64,000 nt of DNA from Micavibrio sp. (lineage in GTDB: Bacteria > Pseudomonadota > Alphaproteobacteria > UBA9219): assembly GCA_020718105.1 (NCBI GenBank), contig DYDA01000005.1:13436-77435 (forward strand), read 5' to 3'. Numbering within the stretch: position 1 is the stretch's first letter; every line of letters begins with the position of its first letter. A program made the translations under genes and the position numbers. Of this stretch, positions 39,698 to 47,346 are shown piece after piece. The notes under the pieces are model-generated. The model saw only the letters and a program-made list of their open reading frames with translations. It ran no database searches and was not told where the DNA came from.

Positions 39698-40546
39698 ATG
39701 ACCGAAGCCGCCAAGAAAAAAGTTGTCAAGGCCGCGCCAAAAGCAGCCAAAGCGCCTGTCGCTGCGAAGCTTGCGCGTGCGAAGCCCAAGGTTGCCGTGT
39801 GGAAGTTTGCTTCGTGCGACGGCTGCCAGCTTAGCCTTTTGGCGTGCGAGGATGAATTGCTGGACGTGGTGGGCGAGATTGAAATCGCCTATTTCCTTGA
39901 AGCGACGACGGCGAAAATTGACGGGCCTTATGATATTTCGTTGGTTGAGGGATCGATCACGACCGAGCATGACCTTCACCGTCTTCGTAAGATCCGGCAA
40001 GAGTCCAAGATGCTGATTACGATTGGCGCGTGCGCGACAGCGGGCGGCATTCAGGCTTTGAAAAACTTCGCAAAGGTGGATGATTATATTCGCGCTGTTT
40101 ATGATCATCCTGAGTTTATCAAGACGCTGCCAACCTCGACGCCGATTAAGGATCATGTTCCCGTGGACTTTGAGCTGCGCGGTTGCCCCATCAATAAGGC
40201 CGAGCTTTTGGAGGCTATCAGCGCTTTGCTTAACAAGCGGACGCCTAACATTGCTCATACAAGCCAGTGCATCGAATGCAAGAAAAAGGGAACCGTTTGC
40301 TTGATGGTTGCCAAGGGTGTTCCCTGCCTTGGCCCTGTGACTCACGCGGGCTGCGGCAATCTGTGTCCTTCGACGAACAGAGGTTGCTTTGGCTGCTTTG
40401 GCCCTTCTGAGTCTGCTAACGGCCCTGCGCTTGCCAAGCAGTTGGAAAAACTGGGCATGACAAAGCGCGAAATTCGCGACTTTTTCCGTTCCTATAACGC
40501 TCATGCTGCGGCGTTCCGCAAAACAAGCGAAATGTATGACGTATAA
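39698..40546 (+). CDS. NiFe hydrogenase small (delta) subunit, NuoB-like fold, with a Lys/Ala-rich N-terminal extension
   Basis: [27 protein letters not shown] and GCPINK, plus distal cluster cysteines ([23 protein letters not shown]). A GGGAG SD precedes ATG 39698. Confidence 0.85.
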   Translation: MTEAAKKKVVKAAPKAAKAPVAAKLARAKPKVAVWKFASCDGCQLSLLACEDELLDVVGEIEIAYFLEATTAKIDGPYDISLVEGSITTEHDLHRLRKIRQESKMLITIGACATAGGIQALKNFAKVDDYIRAVYDHPEFIKTLPTSTPIKDHVPVDFELRGCPINKAELLEAISALLNKRTPNIAHTSQCIECKKKGTVCLMVAKGVPCLGPVTHAGCGNLCPSTNRGCFGCFGPSESANGPALAKQLEKLGMTKREIRDFFRSYNAHAAAFRKTSEMYDV

Positions 40547-40570
40547 CCAAAAGAAATAAAGGAGCCGAGC

Positions 40571-41965
40571 ATGGCAACAGCGGCAAAGACGCCCACCAAA
40601 GCAAAGGCGGCAGCAAAAACGGCGGCGAAAGAAGCGCCCTCTAAATCCGTGAAGGCGAAGAAGCCCGTGATGGGCACGCGCACCATTCAGGTTGATGAAC
40701 TATCGCGTGTGGAAGGCGAGGGCGCTTTATTCGTGCGCGTCAAGGACGGCGTGATCAAAGAATGCCACTTTAAAATTGTTGAGCCGCCGCGCTTTTTCGA
40801 AGCGTTCCTGAAAGGGCGCAGCTATTTGGAAGTGCCCGACATCACCGCCCGCATTTGCGGCATTTGCCCCATGGCCTATTTGATGGGCGCGCAGCAAGCG
40901 ATGGAAGATGCGCTTGGCATCACGATCACGCAGCCGATCCGCGATCTGCGCCGCATTATGTATTGCGGGGAATGGATCGAAAGCCACGTTCTGCACGCGG
41001 CGATGCTTCATGCGCCCGATTTTCTGGGTCTTGATGATGCGCTTCAACTGGCCGCGACCAACAAGGCTGTGGTAGAAAAAGCGCTAAGGCTTAAAAAGCT
41101 CGGCAATGATTTGCTGGAAGTTATCGGCGGTGGCCGCGCCATCCATCCGATCAACACACGTGTTGGCGGTTTTTACAAAGTGCCCACCAAGAAAGCCTTG
41201 CGTGGCATGATGGATGAATTGAAGTGGGGGATCGAAGCCTCCATTGATCTGGCCAAGCTGTTTGGCACGTTTACGTTTCCTGATTTCGAATATGATTATC
41301 ACTGCGTCGCGCTGCATCACCCCGATCACTATGCGATTGTCGAAGGCGATGTGATCAGCAATCGCGGCATCCATATCCCTGTGCGCGAGTTTCATCAGGT
41401 CTTCCAAGAGTCCCATGTTTCCTATTCAACGGCTCTTCACGGTTCCTCACGCGGCGATAATGAGCCTTATTTGGCGGGGCCTAATGCGCGTTATAACCTT
41501 AACTACAAACAGCTCACCAAGCTTGCCAAGCAAACGGCAAAAGAAATCGGGCTGGGTGAGGTCGTCAACAATCCCTTCAAGAGCATCTTGGTGCGTATGG
41601 TCGAAACCGTCTATGCGTGCGAGGAAGCTTTGCGCCTGATCAAGGCTTATGAAGAGCCGGATGTGGCCTTTGTGGAAGGTCGCCCCCGCGCCAGCGAAGG
41701 CTTTGGCATGACGGAAGCGCCTCGCGGCGTTTGCTATCATTCCTATAAACTGGATAGCGAGGGTCGCGTTTTGAAGGCCGTCATTTCCTCGCCCACTGCG
41801 CAAAACCAGCCTCAAATCGAGCGTGATCTATACGGCGTGGTGGAACGCAGCCTTGATCTTGATGATGAGGCTTTGAAACAGCGTTGTGAGCTGACAATCC
41901 GCAACTATGATCCCTGCATCTCGTGTTCGGCTCACTTTCTGAACCTGACGATGGTGCGGGAATAA
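40571..41965 (+). CDS. NiFe hydrogenase large (alpha) subunit, group 3b-like
   Basis: N-terminal Ni-Fe ligand motif RICGICPMAY, C-terminal DPCISCSAH followed by a short cleavable tail. A strong AAGGAG SD precedes ATG 40571. Confidence 0.9.
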   Translation: MATAAKTPTKAKAAAKTAAKEAPSKSVKAKKPVMGTRTIQVDELSRVEGEGALFVRVKDGVIKECHFKIVEPPRFFEAFLKGRSYLEVPDITARICGICPMAYLMGAQQAMEDALGITITQPIRDLRRIMYCGEWIESHVLHAAMLHAPDFLGLDDALQLAATNKAVVEKALRLKKLGNDLLEVIGGGRAIHPINTRVGGFYKVPTKKALRGMMDELKWGIEASIDLAKLFGTFTFPDFEYDYHCVALHHPDHYAIVEGDVISNRGIHIPVREFHQVFQESHVSYSTALHGSSRGDNEPYLAGPNARYNLNYKQLTKLAKQTAKEIGLGEVVNNPFKSILVRMVETVYACEEALRLIKAYEEPDVAFVEGRPRASEGFGMTEAPRGVCYHSYKLDSEGRVLKAVISSPTAQNQPQIERDLYGVVERSLDLDDEALKQRCELTIRNYDPCISCSAHFLNLTMVRE

Positions 41966-41971
41966 AAAGGC

Positions 41972-42433
41972 ATGACGATTCTTTTTCTTGGCGTCGGCAA
42001 CTTACACCGCGCCGATGATGGCGTGGGGCCGAGACTCGCTGAAAAGCTCGCCGCTGATAAAGCCTTTATGAAAAAGGGCGTGGAGGTTCAGCCTCACAGT
42101 GGCGAGGGCGTGTCACTTATGCACCTGTGGGAGGGGGCTGAGCGCGTTGTAATTGTGGACGCGATGAAGTCGGGCGCGACGCTTGGCTCGATCCAGCGGT
42201 TTGATGCGATTCATGAGCCTTTGCACCATGGCGTTTTCCGTTATTCCAGCCATCTGTTCGGTCTTGCCGAGGCCACGGAAATGGCGCGGCAGCTGGGCAG
42301 CTTGCCTAAAACCATGATTATTTTTGGCATCGAGGGGCAAGAGTTTACCTTTGGCGAGGCCATGTCGCCCGTCGTGGCTAAGGCTCTTAAAAAAGTTGAG
42401 AAGGCCGTTCGAAAAGAGTTTGAGGATTTGTAA
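41972..42433 (+). CDS. Hydrogenase maturation endopeptidase (HycI/HoxW family)
   Basis: 153 aa with LFLGVGNLHRADDGVGPRLAEKL, VVIVDAM and SSHLFGL. Confidence 0.88.
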   Translation: MTILFLGVGNLHRADDGVGPRLAEKLAADKAFMKKGVEVQPHSGEGVSLMHLWEGAERVVIVDAMKSGATLGSIQRFDAIHEPLHHGVFRYSSHLFGLAEATEMARQLGSLPKTMIIFGIEGQEFTFGEAMSPVVAKALKKVEKAVRKEFEDL

Positions 42434-42453
42434 AAAGGGCAAGGGGATCCGCC

Positions 42454-42699
42454 ATGCACGAAGTTTCGCTGTGCGAGAGCATCGTCAAAATCATTCAAAA
42501 GCAAGCCGAAAAAGACGGCTTTACGCGTGTGACACGCGTGACATTGTTGGTCGGCGCGTTATCGGGAGCGAGCACCGAGTCCTTGGAATTTTGCTTTCCC
42601 ATGGTTGCTAAAGATACGATCGCCGAGGGTGCAACCCTTGCCTTCACGCACAGCGGTGACAACGCCCTTCGCGTTGCAGAGCTGGAGGTCGGGGCGTGA
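42454..42699 (+). CDS. hypA: HypA-like nickel insertion protein lacking the zinc-finger module
   Basis: 81 aa. MHEVSLCESIVKII...VTLLVGALSGASTESLEFCF aligns with the HypA N-terminus, including the MHE Ni site. There is no CxxC...CxxC segment, and the C-terminus LRVAELEV matches the last HypA strand. Confidence 0.75.
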   Translation: MHEVSLCESIVKIIQKQAEKDGFTRVTRVTLLVGALSGASTESLEFCFPMVAKDTIAEGATLAFTHSGDNALRVAELEVGA

Positions 42700-42713
42700 C
42701 GCGATAAGGCTTT

Positions 42714-43025
42714 TTATTCCCTTGGTGGGGAAAAGCCGTCTTCTTCTCTTAAAGTTGGGGTGGCGGATTTGTCTGGCTCATCGGCAGCACCGTTTGTTGC
42801 GTTGGTTTCTTGCGGTGAAGCAGTAGTCTGTCCGTCGATTAAAGGAAGGCCGTCCTTGCCAGGCCCTACGGTTTTATAGGCCACAGCAAGACCCAGAAAA
42901 ATGGCGACCCATAGCGCGATGTTCCTTAATACCTTGCCGCGATTGAGCGCGAAGACGCTTGGCGCAAGCATAAGAACAATGGCCACGCCGAAAAGGGCGG
43001 AGAGAATCTGGGTTGTTTTATCCAT
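42714..43025 (-). CDS. Small membrane protein, hypothetical
   Basis: Two hydrophobic helices (ILSALFGVAIVLMLAPSVF and IALWVAIFLGLAVAY) and a Thr/Pro/acidic tail. The start is either 43025 (MDKTTQ) or 43091. Confidence 0.45.
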   Translation of the reverse strand: MDKTTQILSALFGVAIVLMLAPSVFALNRGKVLRNIALWVAIFLGLAVAYKTVGPGKDGLPLIDGQTTASPQETNATNGAADEPDKSATPTLREEDGFSPPRE

Positions 43026-43118
43026 GAGGAACTCGGCTGTTGTTATAGGAGGGAAGGCTTCAACCATAGGAAAGCACATCTTACTTTCCACAACAAGACA
43101 GGAAACGTATGCCCCTTT

Positions 43119-43769
43119 TTATGGCAAAAGAAAGCTCCGGCGAAGGAATTGTAAGCCGCTGGCAATGCCTGTTTCGTCAATGCTGTGTCCCAGCCCTTCG
43201 CAGGCTTCGGTTGAGACATTGAGATTAACGGCGCGTAAGCCATCAACGGCCTTGGCCATAGAGACAAAGGGAACAACATCATCGTCTTTGCCGTGGACAA
43301 GATGGATAGGCGGTGATGACTTCCGCTCTTTTTTAAGCTCCTCCCCGCCGACCAAGGCGCCGGAATAACCCAAAACGCCAGCGAAGGCAGGGGTGCGGCG
43401 TGGCGCGACATAAAGGCTCATCATCGTGCCTTGCGAAAAGCCTAAAAGGGCGACTTTATCGGGCGTCAGGCCACGGCTTTCCATCACATAATCGATGTAG
43501 GCATTCAGAGGCTCTGCCGCTTTGATCGCGCCTTGTAAGACGATCGATGAGGTCCAATCATTCGCGCTGAACCACTGAAACCCAAAGGGAGAGAAGTCGC
43601 AGGGGAAAGGCGCATCAGGGGCCAGAAACTCAGTCTCTGGCAAGGAGGGGCGAAAAACTTCGGCCAGCCCGATAATACCCGCCGCGCTATCGCCCAATCC
43701 ATGCAAAATGATGACAGCGCGTTTGGTGGTCTGCCCCTGAGGCGGGGGGAGAGTCATGTCTTGAAGCAT
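43119..43769 (-). CDS. Alpha/beta hydrolase, phospholipase/carboxylesterase family
   Basis: VIILHGLGDS, the nucleophile elbow GFSQGT, HGKDDDVVPF and GLGHSID. Confidence 0.85.
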   Translation of the reverse strand: MLQDMTLPPPQGQTTKRAVIILHGLGDSAAGIIGLAEVFRPSLPETEFLAPDAPFPCDFSPFGFQWFSANDWTSSIVLQGAIKAAEPLNAYIDYVMESRGLTPDKVALLGFSQGTMMSLYVAPRRTPAFAGVLGYSGALVGGEELKKERKSSPPIHLVHGKDDDVVPFVSMAKAVDGLRAVNLNVSTEACEGLGHSIDETGIASGLQFLRRSFLLP

Positions 43770-43788
43770 GGATCAATCTAACTTTCGT

Positions 43789-44520
43789 TTATTTGGAAGG
43801 AGTGGGTGAAACAGCTGATAAAACAACTCTTGCGCTCAAAGTCATCTTTTCTGAACGCTCCATAGGAGGCATGGAATCCCCATCAGGAGAGCCCCCCGCC
43901 ATTTCCATTGTGCGCATCATGGCCTTGCCCCGCGCAAACATGGCGGGTCTTGGCATAGAGCCCCCCTCATCAGAAAAGTCAATCATCGCGATGCGATAGT
44001 TGCGTCCCGTGATCGTGGCATTTAACGCGGATAACTGTTCATTGGCCATTTTATAGAGCTGTGTGCGCAATTGGCTTTGGGCGGCTTGGATTTCCTCTAG
44101 CGTTGGTGTGAAGTCAACGCCGCTTACCGTTATTTGCATGCCCGCCTTGCTGCTTTGCTTGGCTTTATCGGTCAGGCCATTCAGTTCGTTTTCAGGAATG
44201 CGAGCCTCATAAAGGGCGCTCCAACGCTCCATGCCTGTTTGATCCTGACTGCGGTTAAAGGAGGTTACGCGCCAATCCGCCTTGACCATATCGCCAACGG
44301 CTTTGGTCATGGACGTGCGCATCGTGCCCGCCGTGTTGTTGGTGACGGCAGCCTCAACGGACAGCATGACGCGTGCCGTTTTTGTTGTGACCCATTGCTC
44401 GGTGGAAAGGTTGAAAACAACCGAATCGTCCGGCTTAGTCTCCTCGGCAAGAGCCAGCGGCGCACCAAGGCCAACAGTGAGGCCAAGGATCATCATCAAG
44501 GAAGCAAGCGTGCGTTTCAT
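43789..44520 (-). CDS. Secreted hypothetical protein (possibly SIMPL/DUF541-like)
   Basis: Has a signal peptide (MKRTLASLMMILGLTVGLGAPLALA). The family assignment is only a guess based on size and layout. Confidence 0.6.
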   Translation of the reverse strand: MKRTLASLMMILGLTVGLGAPLALAEETKPDDSVVFNLSTEQWVTTKTARVMLSVEAAVTNNTAGTMRTSMTKAVGDMVKADWRVTSFNRSQDQTGMERWSALYEARIPENELNGLTDKAKQSSKAGMQITVSGVDFTPTLEEIQAAQSQLRTQLYKMANEQLSALNATITGRNYRIAMIDFSDEGGSMPRPAMFARGKAMMRTMEMAGGSPDGDSMPPMERSEKMTLSARVVLSAVSPTPSK

Positions 44521-44535
44521 GGGGAGTCTCCTTTG

Positions 44536-45225
44536 TTAGAAGTCAAGGTCAGCATAGTTCTTTGGCGGCATTAAACCAGCGATATGATCGCCCAGAAGGG
44601 AACGAAACGAGGGGCGTGATTTGATTCGCGCATACCAGTCTTTGACAAGTGGATGACGATCCCACGGCATATCGTTCAGATAGTCAATGCAGGATATTTG
44701 TCCAGCGGCAGCCAAATCGGCCAGCGTTAGGTCTTCTCCGGCCAGCCAGTTTCTACGCTCCACCAGCCAGCTGATGTAATCCAGATGCGCGTGGATATTT
44801 TGATACCCTATCCGCAGTAAGGCGCTGTCTGGCTCGCCGCCGCCTTGCAGACGCTTTAGAGCCTTTTCGCCAACGATCAGGCTTGTGCTTTCGGCAAACA
44901 TTTTATACTCAAACCAATGAACCAGCCGCCTGACCTCGGCGCGGGCTATAGGCTCAAAGCCCAACAAGGTCGGCTCAGGAACCGTTTCTTCTAAATACTC
45001 GCCAATCGCGGTGGCCTCGGTTATCGAAAGGGAAGGCTCTCCCCCTTTTTCAATGACAAGCGTCGGGACATCCCCTGCAGGGGAAAGGGCCAGATATTCC
45101 GGCCTTGGAGCCCACGGTTTTTCAAGAACGGTTTCAAACGGGATTTTTTTTTCCGCCAACGACAGCCGAATGCGCCTTGAGGAAGGATCAAGCGGATGAT
45201 GATGAAGGCGGTAGATGAGGGACAT
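44536..45225 (-). CDS. Glutathione S-transferase family protein
   Basis: 229 aa with an N-terminal thioredoxin-like part (SSRRIRLSLAEKKIPFE...LSPAGDVPTLV) and a helical C-domain. Confidence 0.8.
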   Translation of the reverse strand: MSLIYRLHHHPLDPSSRRIRLSLAEKKIPFETVLEKPWAPRPEYLALSPAGDVPTLVIEKGGEPSLSITEATAIGEYLEETVPEPTLLGFEPIARAEVRRLVHWFEYKMFAESTSLIVGEKALKRLQGGGEPDSALLRIGYQNIHAHLDYISWLVERRNWLAGEDLTLADLAAAGQISCIDYLNDMPWDRHPLVKDWYARIKSRPSFRSLLGDHIAGLMPPKNYADLDF

Positions 45226-45289
45226 AACAGGCTATCTCTCTCGAATTGGATGCGTGGCTGCGCCACGCGTAGCCCGTAAGGGCGAAGCG

Positions 45290-45366
45290 TGGTGGGCCCG
45301 GTAGGACTTGAACCTACGACCAAACCGTTATGAGCGGTTCGCTCTAACCAACTGAGCTACAGGCCC
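45290..45366 (-). tRNA. tRNA-Met (anticodon CAT); could instead be lysidine-type tRNA-Ile2, not an initiator
   Basis: The reverse complement GGGCCTGTAGCTCAGTTGGTTAGAGCGAACCGCTCATAACGGTTTGGTCGTAGGTTCAAGTCCTACCGGGCCCACCA folds as a cloverleaf. It has a G1-C72 pair and no GGG/CCC anticodon stem. CCA is encoded. Confidence 0.9.
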
Positions 45367-45740
45367 CACGCACGAACAGACGTATTCTTGCTAACTGATA
45401 AACCATCTTGAGGCCAAAGAAAATGGCTCATTGCAAATTTTTATGCTTAACGTCGTCAGAGGATGGTTTATTCATAATTCGTTAGGAAAGTCCATGAGAT
45501 AAATAGGTTGCTTTAAAGGGTGAGTCGATGGTCGTACCAACGCCTTCTCCTCCTCAACACTTATCGGAAAATCCACATCGGTTTTTTGATAAGCTGTAGG
45601 TGGAATGTTGCAGGTCTGCAACGCGACGTTGGTCAACGTAATCAAACCTTCTTTTCCTTTGAGGCAATAAGCAAATGATGTTGACTCTTTTTAAGAGTAT
45701 CAACATCATTGTAACTCTCTACTCTAATCAGGAGGTCACT

Positions 45741-45830
45741 ATGCCTGCAGCTAAGAAAAAGGCTCCCGCCAAGAAGGCGACAGCCGCTAAGAAACCCGCC
45801 GCTAAGAAAACAACGGCGAAGAAGAAGTAA
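45741..45830 (+). CDS. Unlisted small ORF: 29-aa Lys/Ala-rich polycationic peptide (MPAAKKKAPAKKATAAKKPAAKKTTAKKK)
   Basis: A perfect AGGAGG SD at 45730-45735 lies 5 nt before the ATG. A 15-bp-stem terminator follows 36 nt after the stop. The ORF is too short for the track. Confidence 0.5.
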   Translation: MPAAKKKAPAKKATAAKKPAAKKTTAKKK

Positions 45831-45865
45831 TTTGTCGCTGCCGCAAGGCAGTGATGAAAACTTTT

Positions 45866-45920
45866 AAAAAATCCCTGTTCATAAGCCTCGCGTTTGCAGG
45901 CCGCTTGAACAGGGATTTTT
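45866..45920 (+). terminator. Strong bidirectional hairpin terminator
   Basis: AAAAATCCCTGTTCA-(24 nt loop)-TGAACAGGGATTTTT, flanked by an A-run and a T-run. Confidence 0.7.
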
Positions 45921-45924
45921 GTTT
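45886..45924 (+). repeat. 39-bp direct repeat, copy 1
   Basis: CCTCGCGTTTGCAGGCCGCTTGAACAGGGATTTTTGTTT is identical to 47303-47341. Confidence 0.85.
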
Positions 45925-46215
45925 GTGTTGGAGAGCTATAGCTGGCCCTTAAGAAAGTCGTAATCATATAACACCCTGAAATCTCATGACACACACCTTC
46001 TGTCCGTTGCCTCCAACGATTAACCTTTTGTAAACCATTGTTTTTGCTTATTACTTTCGTGATTTTCGTGTACAATACCCAACATTGATTAATGCTCTTT
46101 TGGGAGGGAATACATGGCTGAACAGTAAAAGAAGATTTCATTATCAAACCTCCCCCAAATACTGGCAGCGGAGCGGAGCAAACTTAACAAGGCTCACAAA
46201 GAAGCGATCCTACTT

Positions 46216-46893
46216 TTGAATGCACCCCATAACATTGCGCAAGCTAAAGAGGCAGAAAGATGGTTCCATAGTTATGAAATGGATTTGTTGATCATCCGTG
46301 AATTTATCGACAGCGAGCCGCTCGGAATGAGCACCGGAGACGCAGAGAAGTTTGGGAAAGAATACGAACGGCTTTCAAAAACAACCGTCGATCTTGGCAA
46401 TAGGTTTACACAAAGCATCAAAGGTCTAGAGCAGGAGAAAAAAGATCGCAGAGTGAACCTCGCCACCCTTCTTACAATCGCTGTTGCTGCGCCAGCTTTG
46501 CTATACAACACTGTCAAAGCAAGAGGTGAAGAATTTGCGACTGCCGCAACGGTCGCACAAGGAATGCTGATGACCTTCGGGCTGGGCTATTATTTTAGAG
46601 ACAGCCTGAAGAAAAGCTGGAAAGCCGCTGCGAATGACCTCAGTCCTAGAGAAATAAGAAACAGTGCCAGTTTTATGCTGTATTACATAAGAGAAAATAT
46701 TGCAGAAAGCGACCTTAGCCCACGAAATGTTAAAAACAGCGTTGGCATGTTGGCTTACTATGTAAAAGAAACAACCGCCGAAAAACTCAAAACGGCCAAC
46801 AATGAACTGTCAAGACGCGTTTTAAAAATCAAACCTGTCAGAAAAGCGCTGGAGCGCAAAAACGGCAGAGGAAAAAAGAACGACTTATCGTGA
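46216..46893 (+). CDS. Hypothetical protein with internal approx 22-aa repeats (orphan, AT-rich)
   Basis: Repeats: DLSPREIRNSASFMLYYIRENIAES / DLSPRNVKNSVGMLAYYVKETTAEK / ELSRRVLK. A central hydrophobic segment is present. The TTG start is weak; see the finding on the upstream in-frame ATG plus stop. Confidence 0.5.
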   Translation: MNAPHNIAQAKEAERWFHSYEMDLLIIREFIDSEPLGMSTGDAEKFGKEYERLSKTTVDLGNRFTQSIKGLEQEKKDRRVNLATLLTIAVAAPALLYNTVKARGEEFATAATVAQGMLMTFGLGYYFRDSLKKSWKAAANDLSPREIRNSASFMLYYIRENIAESDLSPRNVKNSVGMLAYYVKETTAEKLKTANNELSRRVLKIKPVRKALERKNGRGKKNDLS

Positions 46894-47166
46894 ATGAGCT
46901 ATAGCGGCAGTGATGGGGATAATTTTTTTGGCTGGCTTGGGCTGTTCAGATATTGCTTGTTTTTGCCCGTTCTTAAGAAGCGGCGCAATTGTTGGCACAT
47001 AATCTTTTTCAAAAAAAGTCGTCGGGGTGTGTTTCCTTAAAGAGGACTCACGAAACCCACGCCAGCAAAGATACCCAACCCCCGCTACCGGAATAACAAG
47101 CATCGTTGCCAGATTCAGAAAATCTATAGCTTTCACAGCTTCATTCATATAGACCTCATACCCCAA
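46885..47166 (-). CDS. Hypothetical small membrane protein
   Basis: 93 aa with one hydrophobic helix (LATMLVIPVAGVGYLCW). AT-rich with no recognisable family. Convergent with 46216..46893, with a 9-nt overlap. Confidence 0.35.
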   Translation of the reverse strand: MGYEVYMNEAVKAIDFLNLATMLVIPVAGVGYLCWRGFRESSLRKHTPTTFFEKDYVPTIAPLLKNGQKQAISEQPKPAKKIIPITAAIAHSR

Positions 47167-47302
47167 TAGAGATTGTTATATTCTGACTCATTTTTTGCCA
47201 ATACTCAAGAAATATGAACATTTATTAATAATTTCGGCATTCTTCTCTATTTTCAACGCAGAAGAAGCTTAACGTCTTATCTCTTAACGCCCCTTGTCAT
47301 TC

Positions 47303-47341
47303 CCTCGCGTTTGCAGGCCGCTTGAACAGGGATTTTTGTTT
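47303..47341 (+). repeat. 39-bp direct repeat, copy 2
   Basis: Identical to 45886-45924. It lies just downstream of the MFS gene stop on the opposite strand. Confidence 0.85.
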
Positions 47342-47346
47342 TCGCT

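Noticed and set aside
38796-40504. 269-aa and 270-aa minus-strand ORFs across the hydrogenase gamma and delta genes.
   Set aside because: They are antisense shadows, while the plus-strand genes carry clear cofactor-binding motifs.
45290-45366. tRNA-Met as the integration site of a classical genomic island.
   Set aside because: The AT-rich islet lies on the 5' side of the tRNA. The direct repeats are not derived from the tRNA 3' end, and no integrase or other mobility gene is present.
45728-46147. A 139-aa minus-strand ORF in the tRNA-Met islet.
   Set aside because: Its C-terminal Phe/Ala/Leu repeat is the mirror image of the Lys/Ala peptide ORF on the plus strand, which has a perfect SD and terminator. 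The rest crosses the terminator hairpin.
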